Positions 1 through 12,244 are shown, numbered from the whole stretch's first letter. The stretch is 61,556 nucleotides of DNA, filler included, from Circinaria calcarea (GCA_051942165.1; 5 parts of 5 records of this genome joined end to end with filler, not necessarily neighbours in it); one strand, 5' to 3'. Made by a program: numbers and translations. Notes: generated from the sequence alone by a model not told the origin.

Positions 1-135
1 GATGCGAGGAGGTCGAGCGTGGCTTTGCCGGGAGTGGGGAGAGGGCGGGAGAGGGAGAGGGAGAGGGAGAAGGAGAGGGAAGAGAAGCCGGTGGTCTTTG
101 ATGGGCTGGACTTGTATGATCCGGATGACGACTAG
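1..135 (+). CDS. 3' end of an unidentified gene, truncated by the contig start (...GRGRERERE...KPVVFDGLDLYDPDDD*)
   Basis: Frame 1 is open from base 1 to TAG at 133-135, with an RE-repeat and an acidic C-terminal motif. No family recognised. Confidence 0.4.
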   Translation, partial: DARRSSVALPGVGRGREREREREKEREEKPVVFDGLDLYDPDDD

Positions 136-497
136 GAAGTAGTACTTGTGGCAAAAAACACAGTACTGTCATCCATCCACTTGCGGTTACGAGAACCTTC
201 ACATCAAATGATTACTCGCTCTAATGAAAAGATTGCATGTTTCCCTATCAAGCCTGCAACAGCTGATACGAAAGGAGTAAACTACATGAAGTTGGGTTCG
301 CTACCTTCCCTGCAACGTCGACGACCTTTCAAGACCCTTCATCATATTATCGTACCATCAACCCCATTCGTCCGCCAGACGACTTGCTCCTGCACCAAAC
401 TTTTTGCAATCTCCCTACCCTTGTCGCATACTCAACGTTAACGCCCTTTTGCTCTCTCATTCTTTAGATCTCAAGCGATTGTCGACAAAATCGGAAT

Positions 498-2112
498 CTA
501 GTAGGATGCTTCGGCCTGTCCACCAAACTGAGAGTTCTCGTACTGCTCTTGATGAGATGTCACACCTGGGGTGGGTTCCTGCTTCGGCGCATGTGGGAAG
601 TCCGATGAGCTATAAGAAGGTGGCGACCCAGGCCCTGACTTCATCGGGGTATTCGACTTCATGGGGGTGCTGGGGGAAGATTTACCAGTAACCTCGGGAG
701 AAGTGGAACGGCCACGAGCGCTGCCAATGTATTCCTGTGCCTTGGCGCTATAGTCTCCAGCATATGCCTTGACAGTTTCGGTGGCACGGGTAGTATGATG
801 ACCCGCAAGATCCTTGACTTGAGTAGCCTGGGAGTTGATAATATTGGAGAGATTGGTAAGGTGGTGATCAATGAGATCTTTGTTGCTGATGTAGACGAGC
901 GGGCCGAGATAGGTGATGGAAGTAGCAATGAGACAGAGGCCCCAGAGCGGGACGAATTTGATCAACCAGTACGAAATGAATGCCGAGGCGAAAGCCTAAG
1001 TAACTTGTCAGCTAGATAAAGGTGGGTGTCCGTCGATTGGACTGACAGCAATCGTGTGAGCCAAATTCTCTACAAAGAGGATGCGCTGGAACTCGATAAC
1101 AAAGAAGTTGATCAACTGCTCAACATCCTCCAAGGACGCCTCGAGAGATTCTCGGGGGATGGTGTAATACTTCCTCGGGCGGAAGGAAGACGCAAGGCCT
1201 TGGTTAAGAATCAGCTTCCCGGCGACTTCGGAAGCGGCGGTGACTGTGCTCTGTGTTAGATGCAGTTCCAAGCTCTACGTAGCACGTCCACCTACTTCCT
1301 AAAACAATATACAGCGCCTTGAAAGTCCATCGAAGAGCAGGCAGGTAACGAGCAGCAAAAATTGCGAAGATCGTAAAGATGAAGGACAAGGCGGTGGCCC
1401 TAGGCTTGCGCCACTGCAATTCTTAGCATTGGTATCAGCGTTGAAAGTTAGGAAGACCTACGCTAAGGAGATCGTAGAAGAAGGAGTGGTAGTCTATCGG
1501 CCAGTTAGCTTGTTGGAAGAGTCCCGATAGAAGACCATGACGTACGGGTCAACGGCTGCCCGGTCGCAGTACGCTGGTCGGGTACCGTACGAGAGTCTGC
1601 AAGCTCACGGAATTCAGAGCTAGTCTTGGCAGTCTCGTTTTTGACATTTTCTGCTACCGGGCCTGTACAATGGTCAACAGGATACCCACGTACGATGGCA
1701 GCAAGGAGTAGCTATGATATGACAGTCAGTTGGATTGGTCCACAATGAGGCGTCCGGAATACACGCACCTAACCTTGGCTAACGGTATTCTTAATGTTCT
1801 GAGTCATTGGGTGGTTCTGAACGGTGTCCATGGCCGACTGAGCATCTGTGAAGATAATTCAGATACCTTGCCAGTGTCACGCGAGCTGTTGAGGAACTAC
1901 GTAAAAGATCGAATCAGTGGTTGTTAAAGATTCAAAGGAATTCAAATACTCACCTTACTGCTATACATCGTGTCCTTTGCGTTCTGCACCGAACCATTGA
2001 CGTGTGAGGTCGGCGGGGATGAGTAGTCATTGGAGCTCAAGCCCAAGGTCGGGAGCTGCATCTCATACTGGTGAGGAATATTCCCGAGCTGTGGGGGTGC
2101 GTCCGACGACAT
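498..2112 (-). CDS. RTN1: Reticulon-like ER-shaping protein (Rtn1/RtnA/Cwl1 family), multi-exon
   Basis: Spliced reading MSSDAPP...GPVAENVKNETAKTSSEFRELADSR...GQPLTHYHSFFYDLLSWRKPRATALSF...EDVEQLINFFVIEFQRILFVEN...LIKFVPLWGLCLIATSITYLGPLVYISNKDLIDHHL; two long hydrophobic segments of the reticulon domain. ATG at 2112, stop at 498. Confidence 0.9.
1663..1773 (-). other. Candidate second [D5,6] stwintron, reticulon intron 2
   Basis: GTTAG|GTGCGT...ACTGAC...CATAG|CTACTC...TTGAC...TACAG. The 57-nt internal intron (1768-1712) interrupts the donor; its removal rebuilds GTTAGC of a 54-nt external intron. The frame joins SQ-GPVAE. Confidence 0.7.
1846..1958 (-). other. [D5,6] spliceosomal twin intron (stwintron), reticulon intron 1
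   Basis: GTAAG|GTGAGT...CTGAT...GTAG|TTCCTC...CACAG. Removing the 57-nt internal intron (1953-1897) rebuilds the consensus donor GTAAGT of a 56-nt external intron. The frame joins YS-NAQSAMD. Confidence 0.75.
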
Positions 2113-3166
2113 GTTGATGCGTGTCTACGTGGAGGATGATGGATTCTCTCAGTTGGAAGGGTGAATCAAAAACTGTAATGGATGAGAATTACGTTGTTGG
2201 AGAGAGGAGGGTGTTTGGGCTGTTGACGTCGAGAGGAGAATGAATCTTGATTGTGTTCCGTAATTCCGCAGGGCTGGCCGATGACGCCGCAGCCGGTCAG
2301 CTTTGGCCTTTACCTTTGGCCTTTGGGCAAACGGGCCTTTTCCTTGACCGATTCCAAACACAAACGCCCGTTGATTTCCAGACATTCTCCTACGCAGTCT
2401 CCTGGAGAAGACAATGGAAGTACTCTACGGATCACTTGTCCAGTGATTGCTACGATGGCCGCTCCTGTCAACTCACCAGAGGAAGAATTTCACCCTCTCG
2501 ACTTTTCTCTCTGACATGTGACAGCGAATTTTCCAAGCCGGATTGGGCCGGCACCGGTAGGGCTCAGGCTGTCAATTGATATCGCTACAGCACTGCTGTC
2601 ATGGTGGCAGACAAGATCACTGCAGGTGGTAAGCTTCTATCTGGTATCAATGCATTCAATCGTCTGCTCTTGCTCTATATTCGTGGCAGAATAAGGATGC
2701 CGGCTGGTCCTCAGCTAGTGGCCTCATTCCGTCACTTCTCCATCAGACTCGGTCGTGGAATTCAATCAGTGATTGGACTGTGCTCCGCTCATACCTCTAG
2801 CATCATCTTATCCCCCAAAGTGACGGATAGTACAGAAAAGGGGCTGGCTCTACCCACACAAGTATCGGTAAATGAAGCGTCTACTATACTTGCAGTTGAT
2901 ATCCTTTACCATTCCCCAGATTACTTTTCATTGACGAGTCATAGAAATCGGCATAAAGGGCCTCGGTACTTTCATAGACTTCATTGCACTCCCAGATGAA
3001 TTTCTCTACTCCAAGTAGCTAAACACTACTCTTTCCCAATCGACGACCGTCTATACTCCCCTGGAAGTGCATGGCGTCTCGTGCTTACATTCATTACATG
3101 TCCCAGACATCAGTAAACATAACCATAATCATCAACTCATGCTATCCGTCAGCCATCATTTCATGT

Positions 3167-4631
3167 TCAGGATGATGCCCGGCGCCTCTTGGAACCGTGG
3201 TTACCACCGTCCTTCAATGTCCTGTCGGCAATGTGTAGTTGCATCAACAGATACGCGGCTCTTGTCTCCTTCGTCGACGTGGTCACTCGTTTTGGACGCT
3301 TAGTAGGCAATGAGTCTTCCGAAGAACGAGGAGATAAGCTCTTCTCGTGATAACTCTCGTCCACATCTTCGACAGCATGCTTGGTGGGATAACTCTCTTC
3401 GCTACTTGAACTCTCTGGTGAATTCGGCGGAGCGTCACAGCCTCCAGGAACGGCAGCATCTGCCAGAAGCTCCCGCGGCGAAGGTAGTTTGTATTGCTGC
3501 GAGCTTGCGGACCTCGGCGTATTCAAGGCGGTCCACTGAAAAGCTGACTGAGGGGAATGAAGGTACTTGTCGCTTCTGTCTGTATCGGTTCCGTAACCGC
3601 TTTCTACGTCTATGGGCTTTGTGGGCTTTAGCCGTAACGACTTGGACGACCACCTTAAAGGAGCGGAGGATGCTGGCGTTCTAGGACTTCCTGCTCGGGA
3701 TCCTTCTCTCGACATTGTGCGGTACTCTTCTGCCTCTTCGGTACATTTTCGAACAATACTACGGTCGATGACCATATGACCAAATCCTTCGGTCCCAGGC
3801 TTAATGCAAAGTGACAAGAAATCCAGGCCAAAAACCGGCGTCAAGGCATATCGAATATTGTAACAGAAAGTTGCCGCGACTGCTTTGGCGGCTTCAAAGG
3901 GCATCCAGTACCCTATCGTGGCACGGTCAGAAGGGCATCAGAACTCTGGTCAAGGCCTCTACCGTACCTTGAGCTGCCAACGCACCACCTGTAATACTAT
4001 GGCATATTTCGCGAAGCCCCGGGTTGTTGTTCAGCATCTTCGCTGGCATTGTCTGGCACGAACACGTCATTTCATGCCTTAACCTCGTTTGTATCGACAA
4101 GACTAACCTTTGCGTACTGACAGCATTTGAAGAAAGGGGTGATCCTAACCAATCCAACATTATAATCCCACATAACCGTATAGGTGCGCTCGTCTCCAGG
4201 GACCATGAATGTGTACTGATAGACTATTGAAACACGGTCAGTAGTGCAGGCTTTCGTCTCAGCATCGGACTACCGTGTTTCGTACCTTCGAAGCTTTCTC
4301 TTCCGGTCTTCTCCAAGAACGACTTCTTCTCACTATTGTATGGAATATGTCGACGATACTCTGAGATTTTACCCATGGGGTATATCTGAAACCTTCGGTG
4401 CTCTGCGGCAATTTTCTCATCCTGCTTTTCACATGGCGGATACCTGTTCATGCCTTGGAGCTTGCCCTTGGCAAAGACAGCCGCATCCTTTGTCATCTTC
4501 TGCTTCTTGAGGGGTGGAGGAGGTGGTGAGTCAGCTTCAGACTGGTATAGTGCCGAGCAAGGGCTTGGTGGCTGACGATAGTCATCAAAGGCTGACGGGG
4601 CTGGGTTGAGAAGGGAAGCAACGGAGACCAT
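3167..4631 (-). CDS. APSES (KilA-N-like) transcription factor, Xbp1-like, 3 introns
   Basis: [10 protein letters not shown] start; spliced domain [26 protein letters not shown]...[18 protein letters not shown]...[58 protein letters not shown]-terminal AAYLLMQL motif. Confidence 0.9.
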
Positions 4632-7600
4632 TGCGGCAGCTCGAAGTTCGAAGCGAATTCGGGCAGACTAGTGAGTGGTGCTGTCTCTTCAGGTGGCAGA
4701 GTGAATGATTCGCTGAGATGACGAAATTTGCTCGAGCGGTAAGGGGCAATCCAACGGTGCAGAGGCAGTCAAGTTGAGGAACTTTCGAAGATGATGAGGG
4801 CTCTCTATATGCTGGCAAACATGCATTCGGTAGAGTCTCCGGATGTCAAGCTCAACGGTGACCCGCAAAATAACGAGTCAACAACGCCCTAAGCCAGAAG
4901 TAGATCCCGTCTTTGAGGTCAGACTAGTAACGAACTCTTTCGATGGAGCGGAAGGGAAGAAGGAAAGAAGAGTTATGGAAATGCAAGTCAGTCTTTCAGC
5001 TCTTTGTTGGCGTTAGTGCAGGTATCGATCCAAGTCCCTTCGTCTCTGTCTGAGTTGCAGGATACGGTGAGCAAGCGCTTTGCTAGGGTTGGCGTGGCGA
5101 GTGGCTTTTGTTTGTCTTGAAAGCCGCAAGGCTACTTCTAGCGTCAGATCTCTAAATCTATCGAGGCAAGCTAATTGCAGCAGACAAGGCAGCGGTGAGG
5201 CAAGCCAAGTACACCGATATTGAGCTGTTGATACTAAGCTATGCGAGGTAGTATTGTGTTTTAGGGTGAGCGGTGTGAGCAGGAATTATCCAAGAATTTG
5301 ACGCTTTATGTACTTACCTACTTAACTATCAGTCGTCGTCCCATTTCCACATCTAAACAACTCTATTCCCCGGATCATCTGCGGAAACAGCCGCCAAAAA
5401 GCATAGCGGCTTCTGTTCCAGCATGAAGCCATTGGACGCTTACCGGACCGTATCAGGACGACGCCCCGTTGGAAGATGCGGATTATCGAGGTATCTTTGT
5501 GTGTGTTTCACTAGCTCCGGCATGTAGCCGTCTTCGCAAGCTCAGACACGTTGCTAGCCTTTGCTTCTTGCATCATCAGCCCTGTTCCCCATTCATCAAC
5601 CTGAGGACCGGCCACGTAAAGACATGTCTCTGTGGGTCATGTTCGCGACAACTCGGACACTGCTAGGTGCTATGACTGATGAGGTGTTTGCCCGACCGTA
5701 TTAGCCCTAGTATCGGGCCTCAGATCGTCTGTCAGGAGTGTCAGCCATGATTTACACCGTTGGCTACTTTTCCTCCGATCGGGTAGCTGCAGGCAATGGT
5801 CTGAGTAGCTCGGATGGCAGCCGATGTCAAAACAAGCGGGACAAAGAAAGCGTGACTTTGAGCTTGGGAGGTAGCAATGGGACTCGATGCACGTGTGCCC
5901 AAGAGAGTGGTGATGACTACAGTATTGCCCGACTTCGTGTCACTATCCATCACAGGGAGTTTCCTTGTCGTCGAAAGCAAATACCAAATACCAAAAGTCA
6001 TTGATGGGGAGGAGCTAACATTGAAACGGGTTTATGTTGAAAGCACCATTCCATTCGGTATGGGCCTCCAAGTATCCTCACCGTTCTCAACGCTTGTTTC
6101 CAACTACCAATCAGTTTTCTCCACCCCAGAGCCCAAGCTCCTTTACCATTGCAACTAGCCGTGGCGTACCCGCAGCGTAAGCCACACTTTCACCATAAAC
6201 AAAGGCATCAGTACCTAGGCATGATAGGAGACTTCTGGAAGACTTCCATAAGGCTTCGAAATGTGCATCTAGCATCGAACACTCTTATGCTCCCGATAAT
6301 AATGCCGACACGGGAGTGTACATCGGAGGAGATTGGATAACGAGGGGAATGGTGGAGAAAGGGACAAAGGGGAATCACGTGCTCACAGGAGAAAGGCCGC
6401 TTGGCATAACCGATAATCACTCAATCCTACTGTTCAACCCAGAAAGGCATATATATGAAGAAGAAGCTTCACGGCTCCAAAGTTGGATCAGCGTACAGTT
6501 GACCCATTAACGGTTCCATATTACCTCCAACCATCGCGCCAGCCATGTGATTGAGTTCTCGGTGCAAGAGTCCAATTGTGTAAGCAGTACCCGATGGAAA
6601 ATATACCATCCTTGCTTCCTATTGGTAGACCAACTCCTTAGACTAATCAACGGAGTCACTTGAAGACGTTAAGGTTCGGAGATGACAACCACATCACTAA
6701 GAAAGTCTTTGCCGACTTGTGTAACATGTCTAGCGCTTTGCGGGAGTCATTCCGTGTGCATCACGATCATTCTACTATTCAAAGCATACTGCCAGCACTC
6801 ACGAATCGGCACCAGTATCCGGAGAGAGCCTCCCTATACCCGAAAACAAAGTTGATATTTGACAATCCTTGCGGATTGTTATTCTAAACTAACCATCGTT
6901 CATGCAAAGCCGGGATGCGTGTGGATATCATGAGTCCGCTTCCATCAATCCCGTTCGTTTACTCGCTGTTTCCTCACAGTTGCGTCGGGTACGGCGTCTT
7001 CATGTTCATGCCTAGGGTGTGACATTGACAACCACTTTTCCCCGCCAACCTCTGCGCCGGCTGTTCACATTAAGCCTACTTGCAACACGAGAAAAAGGAC
7101 TGTCGATCGCGATCAAAGCCGGACGAGGAAGCCGAGACGGAGGCGAACTCAAAGGATCCCGATACAACCACTCTAGCAACTATTATGTTCCTCACGGTAT
7201 CAATGACACGTTCTTATGGGGGAGTTTGTTCATCGATACTGCAAGTACCCTTTTTTCTCCTTCCGAAGATGCAGGTATCCTAAGTTCCTCCAAAGTCCGA
7301 GGCATTGCGGTTCTAGATTACATTTCTTACTAGGACGTTAGCTAGAGTTCTGAAACTGGATAACTCGCTATACTTGCTAAAGTAATGCTGTTACTTATTC
7401 ATGCTTACGTCATATATCTTTACAATATCCAGTTCTATCTTCCAATGCTAGTCAAGTAACTGCCAAGAGATTTCAACATTCAATATCGAGAGGTAGAAGA
7501 TATTTGATCAGCCCAGAATCTACTATCTTACCCGCCCACAAATGCCTTCGCGGTACTCGCGGAAAAGAACTCGCTAAATACACCTATTTTCGCGGTTTCT

Positions 7601-8100
7601 GCATGATTCTGACCTTTACTAACGGCTAAAGACTTAATTCTCCATAGGTTCATAGAATGTACATCCGCACTCATCATCGGATGTCTGAAACAATCCCATG
7701 TCAGGCCTGCACTCCTGCATTTCAACCGACCACCACCCGAATTCAAGTTCGTCACGTTTGGTACATCACCGGTGGGATAGGATACCCGTCCTTGGCCCCG
7801 CGACTCTTAGTCCCCGTTCCCCTCGGTCAGGTATAGATCTATCTTGAACTGAATCGGATTTGGGTTTATCTCCGACAGCCAAGTGAGGAGATGTAAAGAT
7901 TAGAAACCTTGCTTTGTTTCAAAGCCGGCCAACTACCATCGTTACCGGTATCTAGGCATTCTCATCAGGGAAAATAAACGGGTATCATCTGTCGCTTTTC
8001 CTATGATGATCGTATGTTGATTATTTACACGCAGGCTCTGTCTGTCAGACTTTTCTTGTACGCTCCGCTTGTGAACGAAAACCCCTGTCTTGTCCTTTTT

Positions 8101-8310
8101 CTTTGTACCCTCTTTTCTTCCCCTCCTTCTCCCTTCTTTACGCATCTAGTTCTACTCAATTCCTTTTCCTTTCTCCTCCTCCTCCTCATCCTTCCCCTCA
8201 TCATTCTTATCCTCCTCATCTTCTTCCTCCTCTTCCTTCCCCCCCGTTCCTCTTCCTCCTCCTCTTCTCTTGCTCATACCTCCAACTCTACTCAATTCCC
8301 TCTTCCCTCC
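8101..8310. repeat. CT-rich low-complexity tract, possibly the decayed acidic stretch of a minus-strand gene relic
   Basis: Runs of CTT/CCT/TCC; the minus strand reads ...EEEEEDEEDKNDEGKDEEEEEKGKGIE* with nearby stops. Confidence 0.6.
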
Positions 8311-9718
8311 TATGCTTGCCTTCCATTATTTGCAACAGTCCGAATCATCCAGATCTTACGCTTGGGACTCGACTGGGCTATTGTAGAAGAGGGGGGTTTG
8401 GACCACACATTTCCATTCATTTGGGACTGTCGGAACTGAGCATGATTTGTAATCACAAAATCTAAAAACCTCATACGCACGTAACCTTTGAGTCATTGGA
8501 AGCATGTGACCTAAGCAAACCTTAAGTAGATAGAGAGGTCTCCTGTTCTTCAGGGGTAGAGTAGAGTGACATTGACTCCACTTGCCTCGGGGTAAATAGG
8601 GTGGGGTTGGGGGGATACTGCGAGTTGTTTTTGCCAGGGCATTATTACGGAAATATATCCATGGGGTTGGAACTTGGCTATGGTGTTTGCAATAAAAGCA
8701 GTTTAGTTATTTAAATATACATAGATTACCCGTTCTACAACGTTAGTATATGACTTTAATCATAGTGAATTAGGGCATTAAATATTGAGTTGGATTTTCT
8801 CTATTGGCAATTGTTATTAGAAACTTTAGTCATATTATATACTAGCTTCAGCAACACTAGAGCTTCTATTACCAAATAAACAAAATGCAACTAGGTGTGT
8901 ATGGTATTTCTATAGCTAGCGAAACCCTTTTCTCCCGTGCCTCCCTATGGTATCGTCATGACCGAAGCGACTATCCCTTAATCTTCCAGCCATAGCCCGA
9001 CTCCACACGCGACATTTCTAGCAAACGGGAGCACGAGTTTGCTTTCACGTGTGCGTGTGAGGGTGCAATCAGTGGTGCAAAAGACCAGTTGTGTCGAGCC
9101 CATTTGCTATAGATGGTTAGTGATATAGAAGCTGGTATATCGAATAGGAACGACAACTTACTTGGCGTGATTCCTTCATGTTTGCACGATTGCTGAGGAG
9201 CAGCGCCTACTCATTAGGGAGAAGGGATAAATCTGAATCTAATGGCGTTGGGGAGCGATACTGAGATCGGCGGCAAATGATGGGAATAGCACTTTTCCCG
9301 GGATGTTGTAGAGTGAGACTTGGCCGCAATTTTGGGAACACGGCTGCTTTATCCAGTTTTCCATTTTATTCAGATACGTCGATTGTGGCCATTGAGTTTT
9401 CAAGATATCCAGAAGATAGTCGAGGACTTGATCTAAACTCTTTGCAATCAAAGTCTCGGCCCAAAACGTAGTTTCGACCTTGGGGATATCGAAAGATACT
9501 CATCTTCAATGTCTTTTAAATCTACAACAGGAACAAATCGCTTCTCCACCTTCAGGTTTTTGCTGGGCAATATCATATCCGAGTCCGATGTTTTTTGACA
9601 CTACATTTCGGCATTCGATGATTCGTGCGTCTCTGGACTGCGAGTCCCAAGCCTTGCCATATATAGAAGAATAGAGATTCTCTCAGTAGGGTTGTGGCGA
9701 CAAACGCAAAACTAAATC

Positions 9719-10525
9719 TTAAATCCTCACTGCGTTCTGAAGGATAGTCAGTTGATACCAGAGTAATATTTTTCCAAATCTCGAAGGAAATCTAATCAAA
9801 GCTCTATTAAGGATCGATTTTTTTATATCCGTTTTATATTGGTCGAGCCAAGCGCAAATCGCTTTGCCCAGCTTCACATTTTTAAAATCATTGCTTTCCC
9901 TTGGTAACCACGGTTCGTAATCTAGTAAGGGGTAGTTCGTTAAGATCTCTTGGTTTGCCTCGTTCCAAAAGTCGTGCATCGATAGATACGGGCAACGATC
10001 TAAAATTAGGCCTGGGAGATCCGGCAACGAGCGGGATAGTACCAGAAGATACTCAAATATGATAAGGGACGACTTAATATATTCAAGTCTAGAAATAGCA
10101 CGATATCTCTGTAGAACCTTCAAAATACATCGGAGGTTACATAATTCATATATACCATTATTCGGGAATATGGAGTCATAACCTTTCCAAATTAGTACTG
10201 CCAGGGATGTATCTGGTTGCACAGGAAAAGACTTAAGCCGCCAAGCCCATTTGCCGAGGGATTTCTTCTTATTCTCCTCTTCCACGTCTTTTGGAATCTG
10301 CCAAGTACATTTCTTTGCCTCTTTGAACGTGTACTCAATTGTTAGCTGAGTAAATTCAGGAGGGAAGCAATCAGTATGACTCTCAACAAACGTTGTTGTT
10401 TTGTCATGAACCAAACGATGCATTCGAGGACATGTGGCAGCAAAGGACGCTCGTCCAGTTGCATCCAAAAACCCCCAGAGGCGAATAACAATCTCGGTGG
10501 GTAAGGTCGTAAGTCTATATCTCAT
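9719..10525 (-). CDS. Orphan 268-aa protein with an N-terminal F-box-like motif
   Basis: 807-nt uninterrupted ORF in AT-rich DNA. N-terminus LTTLPTEIVIRLWGFLDATGRASFAATCPRMHRLV fits the F-box pattern L..LP.EI...I..FL......LA.TC..L..L. Remainder unrecognised; the true start may lie in an upstream exon. Confidence 0.6.
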   Translation of the reverse strand: MRYRLTTLPTEIVIRLWGFLDATGRASFAATCPRMHRLVHDKTTTFVESHTDCFPPEFTQLTIEYTFKEAKKCTWQIPKDVEEENKKKSLGKWAWRLKSFPVQPDTSLAVLIWKGYDSIFPNNGIYELCNLRCILKVLQRYRAISRLEYIKSSLIIFEYLLVLSRSLPDLPGLILDRCPYLSMHDFWNEANQEILTNYPLLDYEPWLPRESNDFKNVKLGKAICAWLDQYKTDIKKSILNRALIRFPSRFGKILLWYQLTILQNAVRI

Positions 10526-10968
10526 ATATAAAACAGCTTGCTACAAATAACTCGAAACCTTGATCCCTTCTTGCTTTGCTGCATTTCCACGGAAGAAACA
10601 TCCTGTAAGATGGTCGTCTGGGAATAGACGGTTTAGGAATCGAGGAGACATTATCTTTGTTGTAGCGATAGGTGAGGATGGTTATTGAGAATTTGAATAT
10701 CATATATAAAACGAGTTTCTTCTGGCAGAGGTATAGGTTGCTCTTATTTACTTTGTGAATCTACCGGCGCTATATCTAAAAGGCCACGATGTTGCTCATC
10801 CTCAGCTGCGTCGCCTTTCTCCGGCACAACTTTAAACCTGTAGTCGTTGCTGTGATCGGGAGGGGGTTAGTTTACGAAAGCTTGGAAATGGTTCTCTCAT
10901 ACGAGTCCTCGTCAAGTCCTGTAATATATACTCGATTTGGGGTTGATTCGTCATGATGAGGCGTTGTG

Positions 10969-11431
10969 TTATTGATTCGCAGTAAATCTAACAGAGATTG
11001 CCTGTGTATTTCGTACCAGACCGATGTGGTCTTGGTGAAGGCTGATCAACACGATCAGGGATGAATGATCGAAAGGTAGGCTGGTCTTGCTGTTAAGACT
11101 GAATGATGGAGGCTGATCAACAGGATTAGGAATAGATGATCGAAAAGTAGTCTGGCTTTGGCTGGTTGCGATGGAATGGTGGGGGCTGACCAATAAGGTC
11201 AGGAGGGAAGGTTGACGGGGTATATCCAGGATTGCGCCCGTCTAAAAATCACCAGTTGGCCTAACACTAAGTAATTAGAATGTGAAGAAACTTACTCTGT
11301 ACGAGGTGGAGAACTGCTGCGTAGTAATCATGAGTGGTGCGACGATAATCGGCCTCTGGTTGCGGAAATGCACTCGTAGATTGTTCGTTGCCTCGTTGGA
11401 GGCATTCCAAGGTGTGGTGGAGAAGGTCCAT
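10969..11431 (-). pseudogene. Possible decayed gene with an internal direct repeat
   Basis: ATG at 11431 (MDLLHHTLECLQRG...) followed by a GTAAGT...TTAG intron, then a Pro-rich frame broken by stops. Two ~46-bp imperfect copies at 11039-11084 and 11110-11155 have a period of 71 nt, not a multiple of 3. Confidence 0.3.
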
Positions 11432-11528
11432 GGCTGCGTTACTGCAAGCCAGCCTTTGTTAATATCATATATATATATTATATATGCCCCGAGATGGGGG
11501 TGAGCCCGATCTGTTTTCAGTGTGGAAA

Positions 11529-11672
11529 GGGAGCAAGGCCGTTTTAAGAGGGAGCAGCGAGAGAGCAGCAAGGGAGCACGAGGGAGCAGGGAGGGAGCAG
11601 GGAGGGAGCAGGGAGGGAGCAGGGAAGGAGCACGAGAGAGCACGGAGAGAGAGCAGAGAGGGAGCACAGGGA
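11529..11672. repeat. Degenerate tandem repeat of GGGAGCA(G)/GAGAGCA units
   Basis: More than 10 imperfect copies, e.g. gggagcagggagggagcagggagggagcagggaagggagcac. Confidence 0.8.
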
Positions 11673-11699
11673 GTAGAAACAGCTGAATACGGCTTAATA

Positions 11700-12244
11700 A
11701 AGGGGGCAGCCTGGTTGTAGTTATCTAATAACCTTATAAAGACGTCAGCCAATAACTGCTGCCTAAACTCAGTTATTTCTTTTAAAGCCTAAAGATATCA
11801 CCCGGATCAGAACGAAGGAAGCCCGGTTAATAGAGGAAAGATCAGCGATCATAGAAATTATTACGGTATTATAATGGCTAGGAACGACTGAAATTATTAT
11901 TATAATATAGAATATTTACGTGCAGGGGTAAAGTCCCCGGAATCTAAAAATTTATTATAATTCTAAAAACCTTTATTAGGCGAGCAACTATAGTGGGGAA
12001 AATTAATAATTAAATACTTTTTTTATTATACGCGTGATTGGTTTTCCCTTAATATTTTAAAATATTTAAACTTTTCTTTAATAAAAATACTATTACGATT
12101 TCTACCGAATTGATTTATATTTACTTTATTATTTATATAAAATAATATAAATACGAATCCGTCGAATAATAAAAATTTAATGAAATAATATATATTTTTT
12201 GAATATATTTTTTAATTAATATAAAAATATATAATAATTAAGTA
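11700..12244. repeat. Very AT-rich, TpA-rich tract at the contig end, probably a RIP-mutated repeat or transposon relic
   Basis: GC content falls sharply towards 12244, TA dinucleotides are abundant and there are no ORFs. The assembly breaks here, as expected at repeats. Confidence 0.55.

Noticed and set aside
8014..8465. Plus-strand ORFs with long Leu/Phe/Pro/Ser runs resembling membrane proteins
   Set aside because: They are translations of a CT-rich low-complexity tract.
11275..11752. Overlapping ORFs with SLLPPC / REQGG repeats
   Set aside because: Products of the GGGAGCA tandem repeat, with no coding evidence.
11925..11945. AAAGTCCCC resembling the RNase MRP P4 5' strand
   Set aside because: It lies in an AT-eroded repeat, with no partner strand or supporting structure seen.
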